Numbered from the stretch's first letter, positions 1 to 8,444 are shown. The stretch: DNA of 64,000 bases from Dehalococcoidia bacterium (GCA_963555985.3 OY820591.1:1056001-1120000); one strand, 5' to 3'. Made by a program: numbers and translations. The notes: generated by a model from the sequence alone, not told the origin.

Positions 1-1139
1 CCGCAGCTATGGTGCTCGCCTGCACTGACTTGGATGAAGCTTCCACCTGGTGGACTCGCTTGTCCGAACTCGTCCAACCCCCAGCATTCGATTGTGCCTA
101 CGTCTGTTACGCCACAGGTGTGGTCGCTGCCTGCGCTGACTTGTATGAAACTTCCATTCGGCGGGGTCGCTTGCCCAGAATCGCCGTACCCCCAACAGAG
201 GACCGCCTCCGCGTCCGTCACTCCGCAACTATGATCCCTGCCTGCGCTGACCTGAGTGAAACGCGCATCTGGAGGACTCGTCCGACCTATTCCGTAATAC
301 CCCCAGCATTCTACTGCTCCTTGGTTCGTGACGCCGCAACTGTGGCCGGTGCCCGCTGCGATCTGAGTAAAGCGTCCGCGTGGTGCGCTCGTTTGACCGT
401 ATCGATCCCACCCCCAGCAGACGATCGTGTCGTCGGTCGTGACGCCGCAATTGTGGTAATCGCCCGCGCTGAGTCGGGAGAAGCGCCCTGCTGGCGGAGT
501 AGCTTGGCCAACTTGATCGCCACCCCAACAGACGGCTGTCCTGTCGGCTGTGAGGCCGCAACTGTGGAGGCCACCTGCGCTGAGCTGAGTGAAGCGTTCT
601 ACTGGTGGAGTCGCTTGGCCAAACCGATCGTTACCCCAACAGACAGCGGTGCCGTCGGCTTTGAGGCCACATGTGTGGTAACCGCCCGTGCTGACTTGGA
701 TGAAGCGTTCTGCTGGTGGAGTCGCTTGGCCAAAGTAATCGTCACCCCAACAGACAACGGTGCCGTCTGCTTTGAGGCCGCATGTGTGATAACCGCCCGT
801 GCTGACTTGGGTGAAGAGTCCTGTTGGCGGAGTCGCTCGGCCATATTGATATTGATCATTGCCCCAACAGGCCACCGCACCGTCGGTCGTGACGCCGCAA
901 CTGCGATAACGTCCTGCGCTAACTTGGATGAAGATACGGCTCGGCGGACTCGCTTGGCCATACTCGTCATTGCCCCAACAGACGACAGCGTTGTCTTCGC
1001 TAACCGCGCAAGTGTGGTTGTATCCTGTGCTCAGCGTCTGACCGGCGAAGTCGGCGCGGGCGCTGTCGCTAGTCATCGTGAGCGCGAAGACGGTTGCGAT
1101 TGCGGCGAACGCTGCCGCGGCGAGCAAGCGAAGAGACAT
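1..1139 (-). CDS. Secreted RCC1/BLIP-II-like beta-propeller repeat protein (3' end runs off window)
   Basis: Absent from the ORF track (no stop in window). Hand translation from ATG at 1139 gives a signal peptide MSLRLLAAAAFAAIATVFALTMTSDSARA, then ~37-aa repeats QVSAGxxHTCGxxxDGxVxCWGxDxYGQAxPP, open to position 1. Confidence 0.9.
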   Translation of the reverse strand, partial: MSLRLLAAAAFAAIATVFALTMTSDSARADFAGQTLSTGYNHTCAVSEDNAVVCWGNDEYGQASPPSRIFIQVSAGRYRSCGVTTDGAVACWGNDQYQYGRATPPTGLFTQVSTGGYHTCGLKADGTVVCWGDDYFGQATPPAERFIQVSTGGYHTCGLKADGTAVCWGNDRFGQATPPVERFTQLSAGGLHSCGLTADRTAVCWGGDQVGQATPPAGRFSRLSAGDYHNCGVTTDDTIVCWGWDRYGQTSAPRGRFTQIAAGTGHSCGVTNQGAVECWGYYGIGRTSPPDARFTQVSAGRDHSCGVTDAEAVLCWGYGDSGQATPPNGSFIQVSAGSDHTCGVTDVGTIECWGLDEFGQASPPGGSFIQVSAGEHHSC

Positions 1140-1188
1140 CGGTTACCTCGTTCCGGTGGTTGGAAAAGGAAATGCCGAGGTACCCGGC

Positions 1189-2160
1189 TCAGTTGCCGAT
1201 CCAGTTGTCATAGAGGTAGTTGACTGGATCGACGGCGTAGGAGTCGGACGCGCCATCGAGGATGTCGCAGGCGGGCGTCCCTGGTCGGGACACCTCAACG
1301 TGGACATGCAACCGGAACGTCACTGCGCCGCCCGCGCCCAGGCCGTCAGTGGTGCCGATTCTCTGGTACTGCTCCACGGAGTCCCCGACGCTGAGATGGC
1401 TGGACCTGACCCCGTGCAGGTAGCGTGTGATGTAGCCGTCGGAGTCCTTGATCGCGATCTGGCCGTAGCTGTCGCGGAGGCAGACGATCGTGCCCTCTGT
1501 CAGCGAATGGAAGCCGTGTTTCCTGGTGCCTTGGCTGTAGCGGTAGGAGTCCCAACCCGAATGCCCGCCTTGGTATCCGGCACGTGCATCGCTCGACTCA
1601 GTGCAGTTCCAACCGTCTGGGCAGTTCCCGTAGTCGTTGTAGGCGTATCGCAACTCTTCGCCGAACTGGTGCAGGGCGACTGCGAGGTCCCAGAGCTTGG
1701 TCGACCTAGCGACTTGGCTGGCGGCGGGGCGGGCGATCTCGATCCACGAACTGACCAGCCACTGGTTGACCGTCGCCCGGCGTGGGAAGTACCTCGCCGG
1801 CGGCAGGATGTCCTGATATCCCTCGACACGGAAGCCGAACTCCACGCGACCGTCGGGTGCACGGCGAGCGATGATTCTGCCCGCGTAGCCGTCGCCGAAG
1901 TCGATTTCAGTGCTCTGTAGCCAGTTGTTGTGATCCGGTCCGACGGCGGGGAAGTACCGCGCAGGCGGTAGGTACTGACGCCCGGCAGCGTCCCGCATCC
2001 CGAATTCGGTTCGCCCGTCGGAATTCCGCCGCGCGATGATGCGGACGGAGATCGTGTCTCCCGACGAGGCCTGCGCCTCCACCCTCGGCGTCAGCGGGCT
2101 GCGGACGCCTTCCGACCCACTCCCAAGCACACTCCATGCGATCGCACCCACCAGGACCAT
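1189..2160 (-). CDS. Secreted M23-family metallopeptidase with two N-terminal copies of an unnamed ~50-aa module; true start probably ATG 2240, across a poly-G tract
   Basis: HxGxD (GHSGWD) and HxH (LHVHVEV) M23 motifs; YLH and VGDSVEQYQRIG pattern; VDPVNYL near the end. Confidence 0.8.
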   Translation of the reverse strand: MVLVGAIAWSVLGSGSEGVRSPLTPRVEAQASSGDTISVRIIARRNSDGRTEFGMRDAAGRQYLPPARYFPAVGPDHNNWLQSTEIDFGDGYAGRIIARRAPDGRVEFGFRVEGYQDILPPARYFPRRATVNQWLVSSWIEIARPAASQVARSTKLWDLAVALHQFGEELRYAYNDYGNCPDGWNCTESSDARAGYQGGHSGWDSYRYSQGTRKHGFHSLTEGTIVCLRDSYGQIAIKDSDGYITRYLHGVRSSHLSVGDSVEQYQRIGTTDGLGAGGAVTFRLHVHVEVSRPGTPACDILDGASDSYAVDPVNYLYDNWIGN

Positions 2161-2194
2161 GGCGGAGAGCGCAATCCCTAGAACAAGGAGGCTA

Positions 2195-2219
2195 CCCCCC
2201 CCCCCCCCCCCCCCCCCCC
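2195..2219. repeat. C25 homopolymer (G25 on the coding strand of the M23 gene)
   Basis: 25 consecutive C counted directly. Confidence 0.9.
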
Positions 2220-2426
2220 ACGAATCTTTGTACTAAACATGTTCGGCTCCTCGTTCATGCCTGCCGCGCGCGGCCTATCCATGCGCGGATCGATCTTCAC
2301 ACGGAGCCCGAAGCCTACGCTATCCGTCAACATAAAGTCCACTGTTTCACTCGCACAGCAAAGCAGCGGGGCGCCCGAGTCCCCCGCGCTACAGTCGCAT
2401 TCACACGCGCGACCATCGAACGCACT

Positions 2427-3983
2427 ATGCCCCCCCAATCTCTCGCCGCCATCCTGACCGGTATCCCTGACGCCGCTGTCGACGGTGATCCGGAGACGCT
2501 TGTCAATGGTGTCGGCCAAGACTCGCGGCGGATTCGGCGCGGCGATCTGTTCGTTGCGGTGCCTGGCTTCTCGGTCGACGGTCACCAGTTCCTCAAAGCG
2601 GCGATCGCCAATGGCGCGAGCGCCCTTGTCGTCCAGGCCAACCGGCGGGAAATCTGGCAGCCGATTGCCGACGCCAATCCCGCGATCGCCGTCGTGAGCG
2701 TCGAAGACACCCGCGCCGCTCTTCCCAAAATCGCCGCCGCCTTCCACGACTACCCCGCCCGCAAGCTCACCGTCATCGGCGTCACTGGCACCGACGGAAA
2801 ATCCACCACCAGCTACCTCACCCACGCCATGCTCAGCGCAGCCGGACACCCCACCGGACTGATCAGCGGCGTCGAATTCCACGTCGGCGGACGCTGGATC
2901 CAAAACGAAACCGGCGAAACCTCACCCGAAGCCGACATCATCCAGTCCCTACTCGCGCAGATGCTCGCCGCAGGCGACACCCACGTGGTGATTGAAGCAA
3001 CCTCCCACGCTCTCGCCCTCCACCGCGTCGACCAATGCAACTTCCACACCGCCGTCTTCACCGGCCTCAGCAGCGACCACCTCGACTTCCACCAAACCCA
3101 AGACGCTTATCTGGACGCGAAGCTCAACCTCTTTCGCTCCCTCGATCAATACCCCCAAAACGATTCCGTCATTCCCGCGAAGGCGGGAATCTCGCCCCCA
3201 CCCACCGCCATCATCCGCGCCGAAGACCCCCACCGCGAAGCCGTCGCCGCCGCCCACAACCAACGCACCATCCTCACAACCGCCGCCAATCAACCCGCCG
3301 ACCTCAGCGTCCAAGCCTTGGCCCAAGACGCCACCGGCGCCGACATCCGCATTGCCACCCCCAGCGGCGCGCTCGCCGCCCGGCTCCCACTCCCGGGCGA
3401 CTTCAACCTCGCCAACGCCGCCCTCGCCGCCGCCGCCGCCTGGACTCATGGCGCACGCCCCGCCGCCCTCCAACACGCCCTCAACACCCTCCGCCCCGTC
3501 CCCGGACGCATGGAACCGATCAACGCCGGACAACCTTTCAGCGTGATCGTCGACGCCGCCGCGACCGGACCCGCCCTCGAACTCGCCCTCAGCGTCATCA
3601 AACCCCACGTCGCCGGCAACCTGATCCTCGTCTTCGGAGTCGCCGGCGAACGCGACCCCGCCCGCCGCACCGGCATGGGACGTGCAGCCGCTATCCACGC
3701 CGACTTCTCCATCATCACCAGCGAAAACCCTCGTTCCGAAGACCCGGCCGCCATCGTCCGAGACATCGCCGACGCCATGCGCGAGCACGGGGCAGTCGAC
3801 CGTCTCCTTGAAGAACCCGATCGTCGCCGCGCCATCCAAATCGCCTTCGAGCGCGCCCGCCCCGGCGATCTCGTGCTGCTCGCCGGCAAGGGAGCCGAAC
3901 CCACCCTCATCTACGCCGACCGCACCGAACCCTGGGACGATCGCCAAGTCGCCCGCGACCTGCTCGCCCACCACTCGCGCTAA
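2427..3983 (+). CDS. murE: UDP-N-acetylmuramoyl-tripeptide synthetase (MurE family Mur ligase)
   Basis: DSRRIRRGDLFVAVPG, GVTGTDGKSTT P-loop, IEATSHAL, DHLDFH, VPGRME, SENPRSEDP, LLAGKG. ATG 2427 chosen as start. Confidence 0.9.
   Translation: MPPQSLAAILTGIPDAAVDGDPETLVNGVGQDSRRIRRGDLFVAVPGFSVDGHQFLKAAIANGASALVVQANRREIWQPIADANPAIAVVSVEDTRAALPKIAAAFHDYPARKLTVIGVTGTDGKSTTSYLTHAMLSAAGHPTGLISGVEFHVGGRWIQNETGETSPEADIIQSLLAQMLAAGDTHVVIEATSHALALHRVDQCNFHTAVFTGLSSDHLDFHQTQDAYLDAKLNLFRSLDQYPQNDSVIPAKAGISPPPTAIIRAEDPHREAVAAAHNQRTILTTAANQPADLSVQALAQDATGADIRIATPSGALAARLPLPGDFNLANAALAAAAAWTHGARPAALQHALNTLRPVPGRMEPINAGQPFSVIVDAAATGPALELALSVIKPHVAGNLILVFGVAGERDPARRTGMGRAAAIHADFSIITSENPRSEDPAAIVRDIADAMREHGAVDRLLEEPDRRRAIQIAFERARPGDLVLLAGKGAEPTLIYADRTEPWDDRQVARDLLAHHSR
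3167..3193 (+). repeat. CGTC-tagged REP-like palindrome inserted in frame within murE
   Basis: CGTCATTCCCGCGAAGGCGGGAATCTC; near-identical copy at ~47573-47599. Confidence 0.85.
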
Positions 3984-4053
3984 CCGCCCGCTATCGCCAC
4001 AGTGGGACAAGCCATACCCTGACCCAACAGCCCCGCCATCACCGGAGACCCCC

Positions 4054-5397
4054 ATGGACGACGCCCAGTACCGAGCACTCGTCGAAGACGACCTCAACCA
4101 TTGGGTCCACCCTCTCTTCCATCCCGACTTCCACCAGGAACCCGTCCTCTTCGAGCGCGGCGAAGGCGTCTACATCTACGGCGCCGACGGCAAGCGCTAC
4201 ATCGACGGCCTCGCCGCGCTCTGGAACGTCGCCGTCGGACACGGACGCGCCGAACTCGGCGAAGCCGCCAAAGCGCAGATGTCCAAGCTCGGCTTCTCCA
4301 ACTCCTACGAGGGCTACACCAACGAACCCGCCATCCGCCTCGCCAAAAAGGTGATCGAACTCGCCTACGACAATATGCAGGCGGTCTACTTCACCAACTC
4401 CGGCTCCGAGTCCAACGAGACCAACGTCAAAGCCGCCCGCTTCTACTGGATTCAGAAGGGCCGCCCCGAAAAGCAGAAGATCATCACCCGCGTCGAGGCC
4501 TACCACGGCAACACCGTCGCCATGACCGCCGCCACCGGCATGCAAATCTTCAAGCCCCAGTTCGGCCGCCCCGTCCCCGACATCATCAACGCCACTACGC
4601 CCGACGCCACGCCCACCGGCGGCGGGCGGATCGACCGCGGCAACCTCATGATCGACAACATCGTCGCCACGATCGAGAAAGAAGGCCCCGACACCGTCGC
4701 CGCCGTGATCGCCGAACCCGTCCAGGGCGCCGGCGGCGTCTACCCGCCGCCCGACGACTACTTCCCCCGCCTCCGCGAAGTCTGCGACCGCTATGAGGTC
4801 CTGCTCGTCGTAGACGAAGTGATCACCGGTTTCGGCCGCACCGGCAAGTGGTTCGCGCTCGAACACTTCGATGTCCAACCCGACATGATGAGCATCGCCA
4901 AAGCCATCACCAGCGGCTACGTCCCCATGGGCGCCGCCGTCTGGTCCAAAGAAGTCCACGAGACCATCACCCACGGCCCCGGCAAGTTCATGCACGCCTA
5001 CACCAACGCCGGCCACCCAACCGCCGCCGCCGTCGGTCTGCGAAACCTCCAAATCTTCGAGGACGAAGACCTCGTAGCAAACGCCGCCGCCAGAGGCGAC
5101 CAACTCCTCAGCGGCCTCCAACGCCTCACCGAACACCCCCACATCGGCAACGTCAGAGGCCTCGGCTTCATGTGCGGCTTCGACATCCTGGAAGATCCGG
5201 AAACGGACACCGCGTTCCCCGCCGATATGGCAATGGGAGCAAAGCTGCTGAAGGCGTGTCAGCGCCGAGGCCTCATCAGTCGAGTCCGCAACGACGGCTA
5301 TCTCCTAGCCCCACCCCTCGTCGCCACAGCGTCCGAGGTAGACGAAATCCTGGAAATCGTGGAGGACGCGGTCCGCGAGGTCACGGCCGGAGTGTAG
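4054..5397 (+). CDS. Class III PLP-dependent aminotransferase
   Basis: YIDGLAALWNVAVGHG, NSGSESNE, AYHGNT, IAEPVQGAGG, DEVITGFGRTG, SIAKAITSGYVPMG. Confidence 0.93.
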   Translation: MDDAQYRALVEDDLNHWVHPLFHPDFHQEPVLFERGEGVYIYGADGKRYIDGLAALWNVAVGHGRAELGEAAKAQMSKLGFSNSYEGYTNEPAIRLAKKVIELAYDNMQAVYFTNSGSESNETNVKAARFYWIQKGRPEKQKIITRVEAYHGNTVAMTAATGMQIFKPQFGRPVPDIINATTPDATPTGGGRIDRGNLMIDNIVATIEKEGPDTVAAVIAEPVQGAGGVYPPPDDYFPRLREVCDRYEVLLVVDEVITGFGRTGKWFALEHFDVQPDMMSIAKAITSGYVPMGAAVWSKEVHETITHGPGKFMHAYTNAGHPTAAAVGLRNLQIFEDEDLVANAAARGDQLLSGLQRLTEHPHIGNVRGLGFMCGFDILEDPETDTAFPADMAMGAKLLKACQRRGLISRVRNDGYLLAPPLVATASEVDEILEIVEDAVREVTAGV

Positions 5398-5428
5398 GAT
5401 CGGCGCGACTGGACAGGAGCGCCGCACC

Positions 5429-5665
5429 ATGACCACGCAACCCACCGACGACGAACGCAAGTCGAGGTTGCAAGAGCTGTTGCGCAGCGGCGAAACCGAC
5501 CTTGATCTCTACGAAGGTCTGCTGCCGGACAACGCGTTCGGGGACATACTCCGCATCACCCTGACGCATCGACGGGAGGACGACGAACGGCGCGACTACA
5601 TCCTCTCGGTTCTGGAAGAGCACGGGATCCGCCCCGACGAAGTACTTCGCCTGTGCCGGCCCTGA
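5429..5665 (+). CDS. Small hypothetical protein (possibly frameshifted near the 3' end)
   Basis: AGGAG SD upstream and GC3-rich codons; no recognisable motif. Confidence 0.55.
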   Translation: MTTQPTDDERKSRLQELLRSGETDLDLYEGLLPDNAFGDILRITLTHRREDDERRDYILSVLEEHGIRPDEVLRLCRP

Positions 5666-5893
5666 TCCACGCGGACTTCCTGAGCGCCAACGCCGGGTTC
5701 CAGCGCCACGGCCTGCGACCGCTCATGGCCTGATCGGAGATGGCGACGACGGCTAGCTGCCGGCACCGTCGTTGGTGGCGTTGGAGTCCGGGGGTGTGAG
5801 GGTGGAGGCAGAGCGCGCCCTTTGCCCAATCGGATACTCGTGTTAGGCTCCTGTGCGGCCCTTGTTTCGGTTGGAATACGGAGGAGGTTCTCG

Positions 5894-8194
5894 ATGTCGA
5901 AGGTGTGGGCAGGACAGCATCTGGCGGTTGTTGCCCTCGTCGCTTTGGCGTCCATTGTCACCTGGATAGTTTCGGGCGGGAGTGTTTGGGCTGGCGAAGC
6001 ATCGTCCGTTCTCACGCAAGAGAATGTGGCAACCCGCCCTTCGTCAAGTGAAATCTGTCAAACGTTCGACATCGACCTAAACCGCAGCATGACAGGGCGG
6101 TTGCCTCGAGAAAATTGCGAACACCACTACTATCTGACCCTCACGTCGCGGACCGCTGTCACGATTGACCTGGAATCCGACGACTTCAATGCGTTCCTGC
6201 GCTTGGATGACAATTGGGGGAACCCGATCACATACGACGACGACAGCGGGTCTGGTTCGAATGCGCGACTCGAATTGACCTTGGAACCTGCGACATATGA
6301 GGTCATTGTGCTCAGCGTCGCAGACAGTGGTTCCTACGAGCTCACCGTTGTAGGCCAAGCTGACGCTTCACCTCCATCCCCACCTCCGGCCCCGACTCCT
6401 GCTCCGTCTCCCACGACTTGGAGTTTGGTTGCTACGGGTAGTCCGTCTGGCGGTGGTCGCGTCGAGCATGCGTGCAACTTGGCCCATTGCAATGACAGGA
6501 TCTTTGGAACGAGCGACTATTTCGATGGCGGGACGGCAACCTTGACCGCCCAGCCCAATTCCGGATACCTATTCTCCCATTGGACTGGGGCCGCGACCGG
6601 GAGTAAGAATCCGACCACAGTCCATATGGACAGCGACAAATCTGTGACTGCAGTGTTCGTGCGCGACCGGGCTACGAGATACACGCTGACCGCGACCGCT
6701 GATCCGGCAGACGGTGCCGGTGGATATGTCGATATCGTGGGTGGGACAAAGGTGCGTGACGGCGTCAAAAGTTTCGCCGCAGGTGAAACCGCCTCAATCG
6801 TTGCCCGTGCAAATGCCGGTTGGCGTTTCGTACGCTGGTCGGGCGACACGACCGGAACTAGCGAGTCATTGAGCGTTGCGATGGACAGAAACAAAAACGT
6901 GAAGGCGATCTTTGAAGTCAACCCTTCGACTCGCAGCACATGCTACTTGTTTGGAGTAACACTACCTCACCAAATCAGCGGAGTGCTTGAGGCTAGTGAT
7001 TGTCAGGATACGCTCAGGAGAAACGGCTACTATGCTGACATATATTTCTTTACCTTGAACAAAAAGACTGAAGTTGTAATTAATCTTACCTCTAGTGTCT
7101 TCGACACCTTTCTCCAATTGCGACGGGCTGATGGTGACCGCGGTCGAGTCGCATACAATGATGACATCGAACGTGGGAACTTGAACTCGCGGATTGGTAC
7201 TGAGCTGGAGCCAGGGCAGTACCAAATTATTGCAAGTAGCTATAAGTCCGGAGCTTCGGGCAGATACCAATTGCAGATGGACTTCGTAGCAACCGCCTCG
7301 TTGGACGATCCAGCGGTTCGCCGAGTAATCGCCGAGAAATATCGACCGATCTTGTGGTTTCACGAAGATGAGAAATATTTCCCGGTTGCAGTTGAGGCAA
7401 TGACCCACTACTCAGTCCTCCATTGCGAGAGTGATTTTGTAACCGGCCCACCGGTTGATCCTGACTTGCTCGGCAAATTGGCAACTCGAGGTCTCTGCAA
7501 CTCTGAGAATGATTACTTAGACATGGGTGAATGGCAGAGGATTGTTATGAGAAACAATTGGTGGTTTGTGTTGGAATCCGATAATCCTGGCATCGGCGAT
7601 CCGGTTGTTTACTATCGCGTTGCAGAGATCGATGGCTGGGTTACAGTTCAATATTGGTTGTTTTATGTGTATAACGATGCCCCTTTCAGTAATCTAGTGT
7701 ATGATGGCGATCACGAAGGTGATTGGGAAGGCATACAACTTTGGTTTGCGCCATATGTTGACATAAGTGATATTGCTCTAGGGACTGTGGAACCCAGCGA
7801 AGTTGGTTTTGCGGCGCACGAGAGGGGGACCTACCCGAGTTGGCTTGTCAGCTACGTGGACGGTTACCGTCCTGAGGTGTATGTTGCCGAGGGTACTCAT
7901 GCGTCATATCACGCGCCAGGGGAATGGGCGATAAGAGCGAAGAAGGAGGTGTTGGGTAAAGATCTGGACTTAGGCGACGTGTGTACGGTAGACGATGAGG
8001 CGCGCCGAGGAGTAAAGCTTGAACAGTATAGGCTTGAATCGGTCGCGAATGCTTCGTGGCTGAGCTGGGACGGTCGCTGGGGGGCCGACGGTGGCCCGCA
8101 AGGCCCAGCCTCCGAGCCTAAGCCGCATTGGGAGAAACGTCCAACCCAGATTGAAGATTGGGTTCCGTTGATCCGTTCGTGCAGGCCGGACTAG
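5894..8194 (+). CDS. Secreted mosaic protein: PPC domains, InlB-B/Flg_new-like repeats, C-terminal Vps62/DUF946-like domain
   Basis: GGAGG SD; signal peptide; DDDSGSGSNARL and NDDIERGNLNSRI (PPC); GYLFSHWTG and GWRFVRWSG repeats; QYWLFYVYND..HEGDWEG..VYVAEGTHASY..GRWG..GP (Vps62-like). Confidence 0.8.
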   Translation: MSKVWAGQHLAVVALVALASIVTWIVSGGSVWAGEASSVLTQENVATRPSSSEICQTFDIDLNRSMTGRLPRENCEHHYYLTLTSRTAVTIDLESDDFNAFLRLDDNWGNPITYDDDSGSGSNARLELTLEPATYEVIVLSVADSGSYELTVVGQADASPPSPPPAPTPAPSPTTWSLVATGSPSGGGRVEHACNLAHCNDRIFGTSDYFDGGTATLTAQPNSGYLFSHWTGAATGSKNPTTVHMDSDKSVTAVFVRDRATRYTLTATADPADGAGGYVDIVGGTKVRDGVKSFAAGETASIVARANAGWRFVRWSGDTTGTSESLSVAMDRNKNVKAIFEVNPSTRSTCYLFGVTLPHQISGVLEASDCQDTLRRNGYYADIYFFTLNKKTEVVINLTSSVFDTFLQLRRADGDRGRVAYNDDIERGNLNSRIGTELEPGQYQIIASSYKSGASGRYQLQMDFVATASLDDPAVRRVIAEKYRPILWFHEDEKYFPVAVEAMTHYSVLHCESDFVTGPPVDPDLLGKLATRGLCNSENDYLDMGEWQRIVMRNNWWFVLESDNPGIGDPVVYYRVAEIDGWVTVQYWLFYVYNDAPFSNLVYDGDHEGDWEGIQLWFAPYVDISDIALGTVEPSEVGFAAHERGTYPSWLVSYVDGYRPEVYVAEGTHASYHAPGEWAIRAKKEVLGKDLDLGDVCTVDDEARRGVKLEQYRLESVANASWLSWDGRWGADGGPQGPASEPKPHWEKRPTQIEDWVPLIRSCRPD

Positions 8195-8250
8195 CGGTTC
8201 TTGGAAAGGGCATTTCGGTGGCCCGGTTAGCCGGGCAAGGAACATGGTCC

Positions 8251-8280
8251 TTGACACCTATTGGCTTTGGGCGTTAGACT
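8251..8280 (+). promoter_or_regulatory. Sigma70-like promoter TTGACA-N18-TAGACT
   Basis: Perfect -35 at 8251-8256; -10-like hexamer at 8275-8280. Confidence 0.6.
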
Positions 8281-8285
8281 GGAGG

Positions 8286-8444
8286 GCAGGAAAGGAGGTG
8301 ATGCAACTTGGGACATAGCCAACTCTCGCCCAGGTATCGACGACGCAGCGCAGTGGAGGTGGGCGCCTCCTAACGCGCTCCAACAACCGTCGCCCGATCC
8401 CTGGGCGAACAACGACGACCCCGAGCCGCCCAGCTCGGGGTCGT
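8286..8444 (+). ncRNA. Candidate structured small RNA or small-peptide mRNA
   Basis: Extended SD AAAGGAGGTGAT; nested stems TCGCCCAGG (8326-8334) / CCTGGGCGA (8400-8408); closing 12-bp hairpin. Confidence 0.45.
8415..8444. terminator. 12-bp GC-rich hairpin (terminator-like, no U tract)
   Basis: ACGACCCCGAGC-cgccca-GCTCGGGGTCGT perfect inverted repeat. Confidence 0.5.

Noticed and set aside
9-1223. 404-aa plus-strand repetitive ORF
   Set aside because: Antisense shadow of the minus-strand RCC1-like gene, which has the signal peptide and recognisable motifs.
2136-2426. Poly-proline N-terminal extension of MurE
   Set aside because: Arises from reading through the C25 tract; MurE similarity begins at ATG 2427.
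8290-8306. Possible 16S rRNA 3' fragment on the minus strand
   Set aside because: Only 16 nt match and no adjacent rRNA-like sequence; treated as an extended SD.
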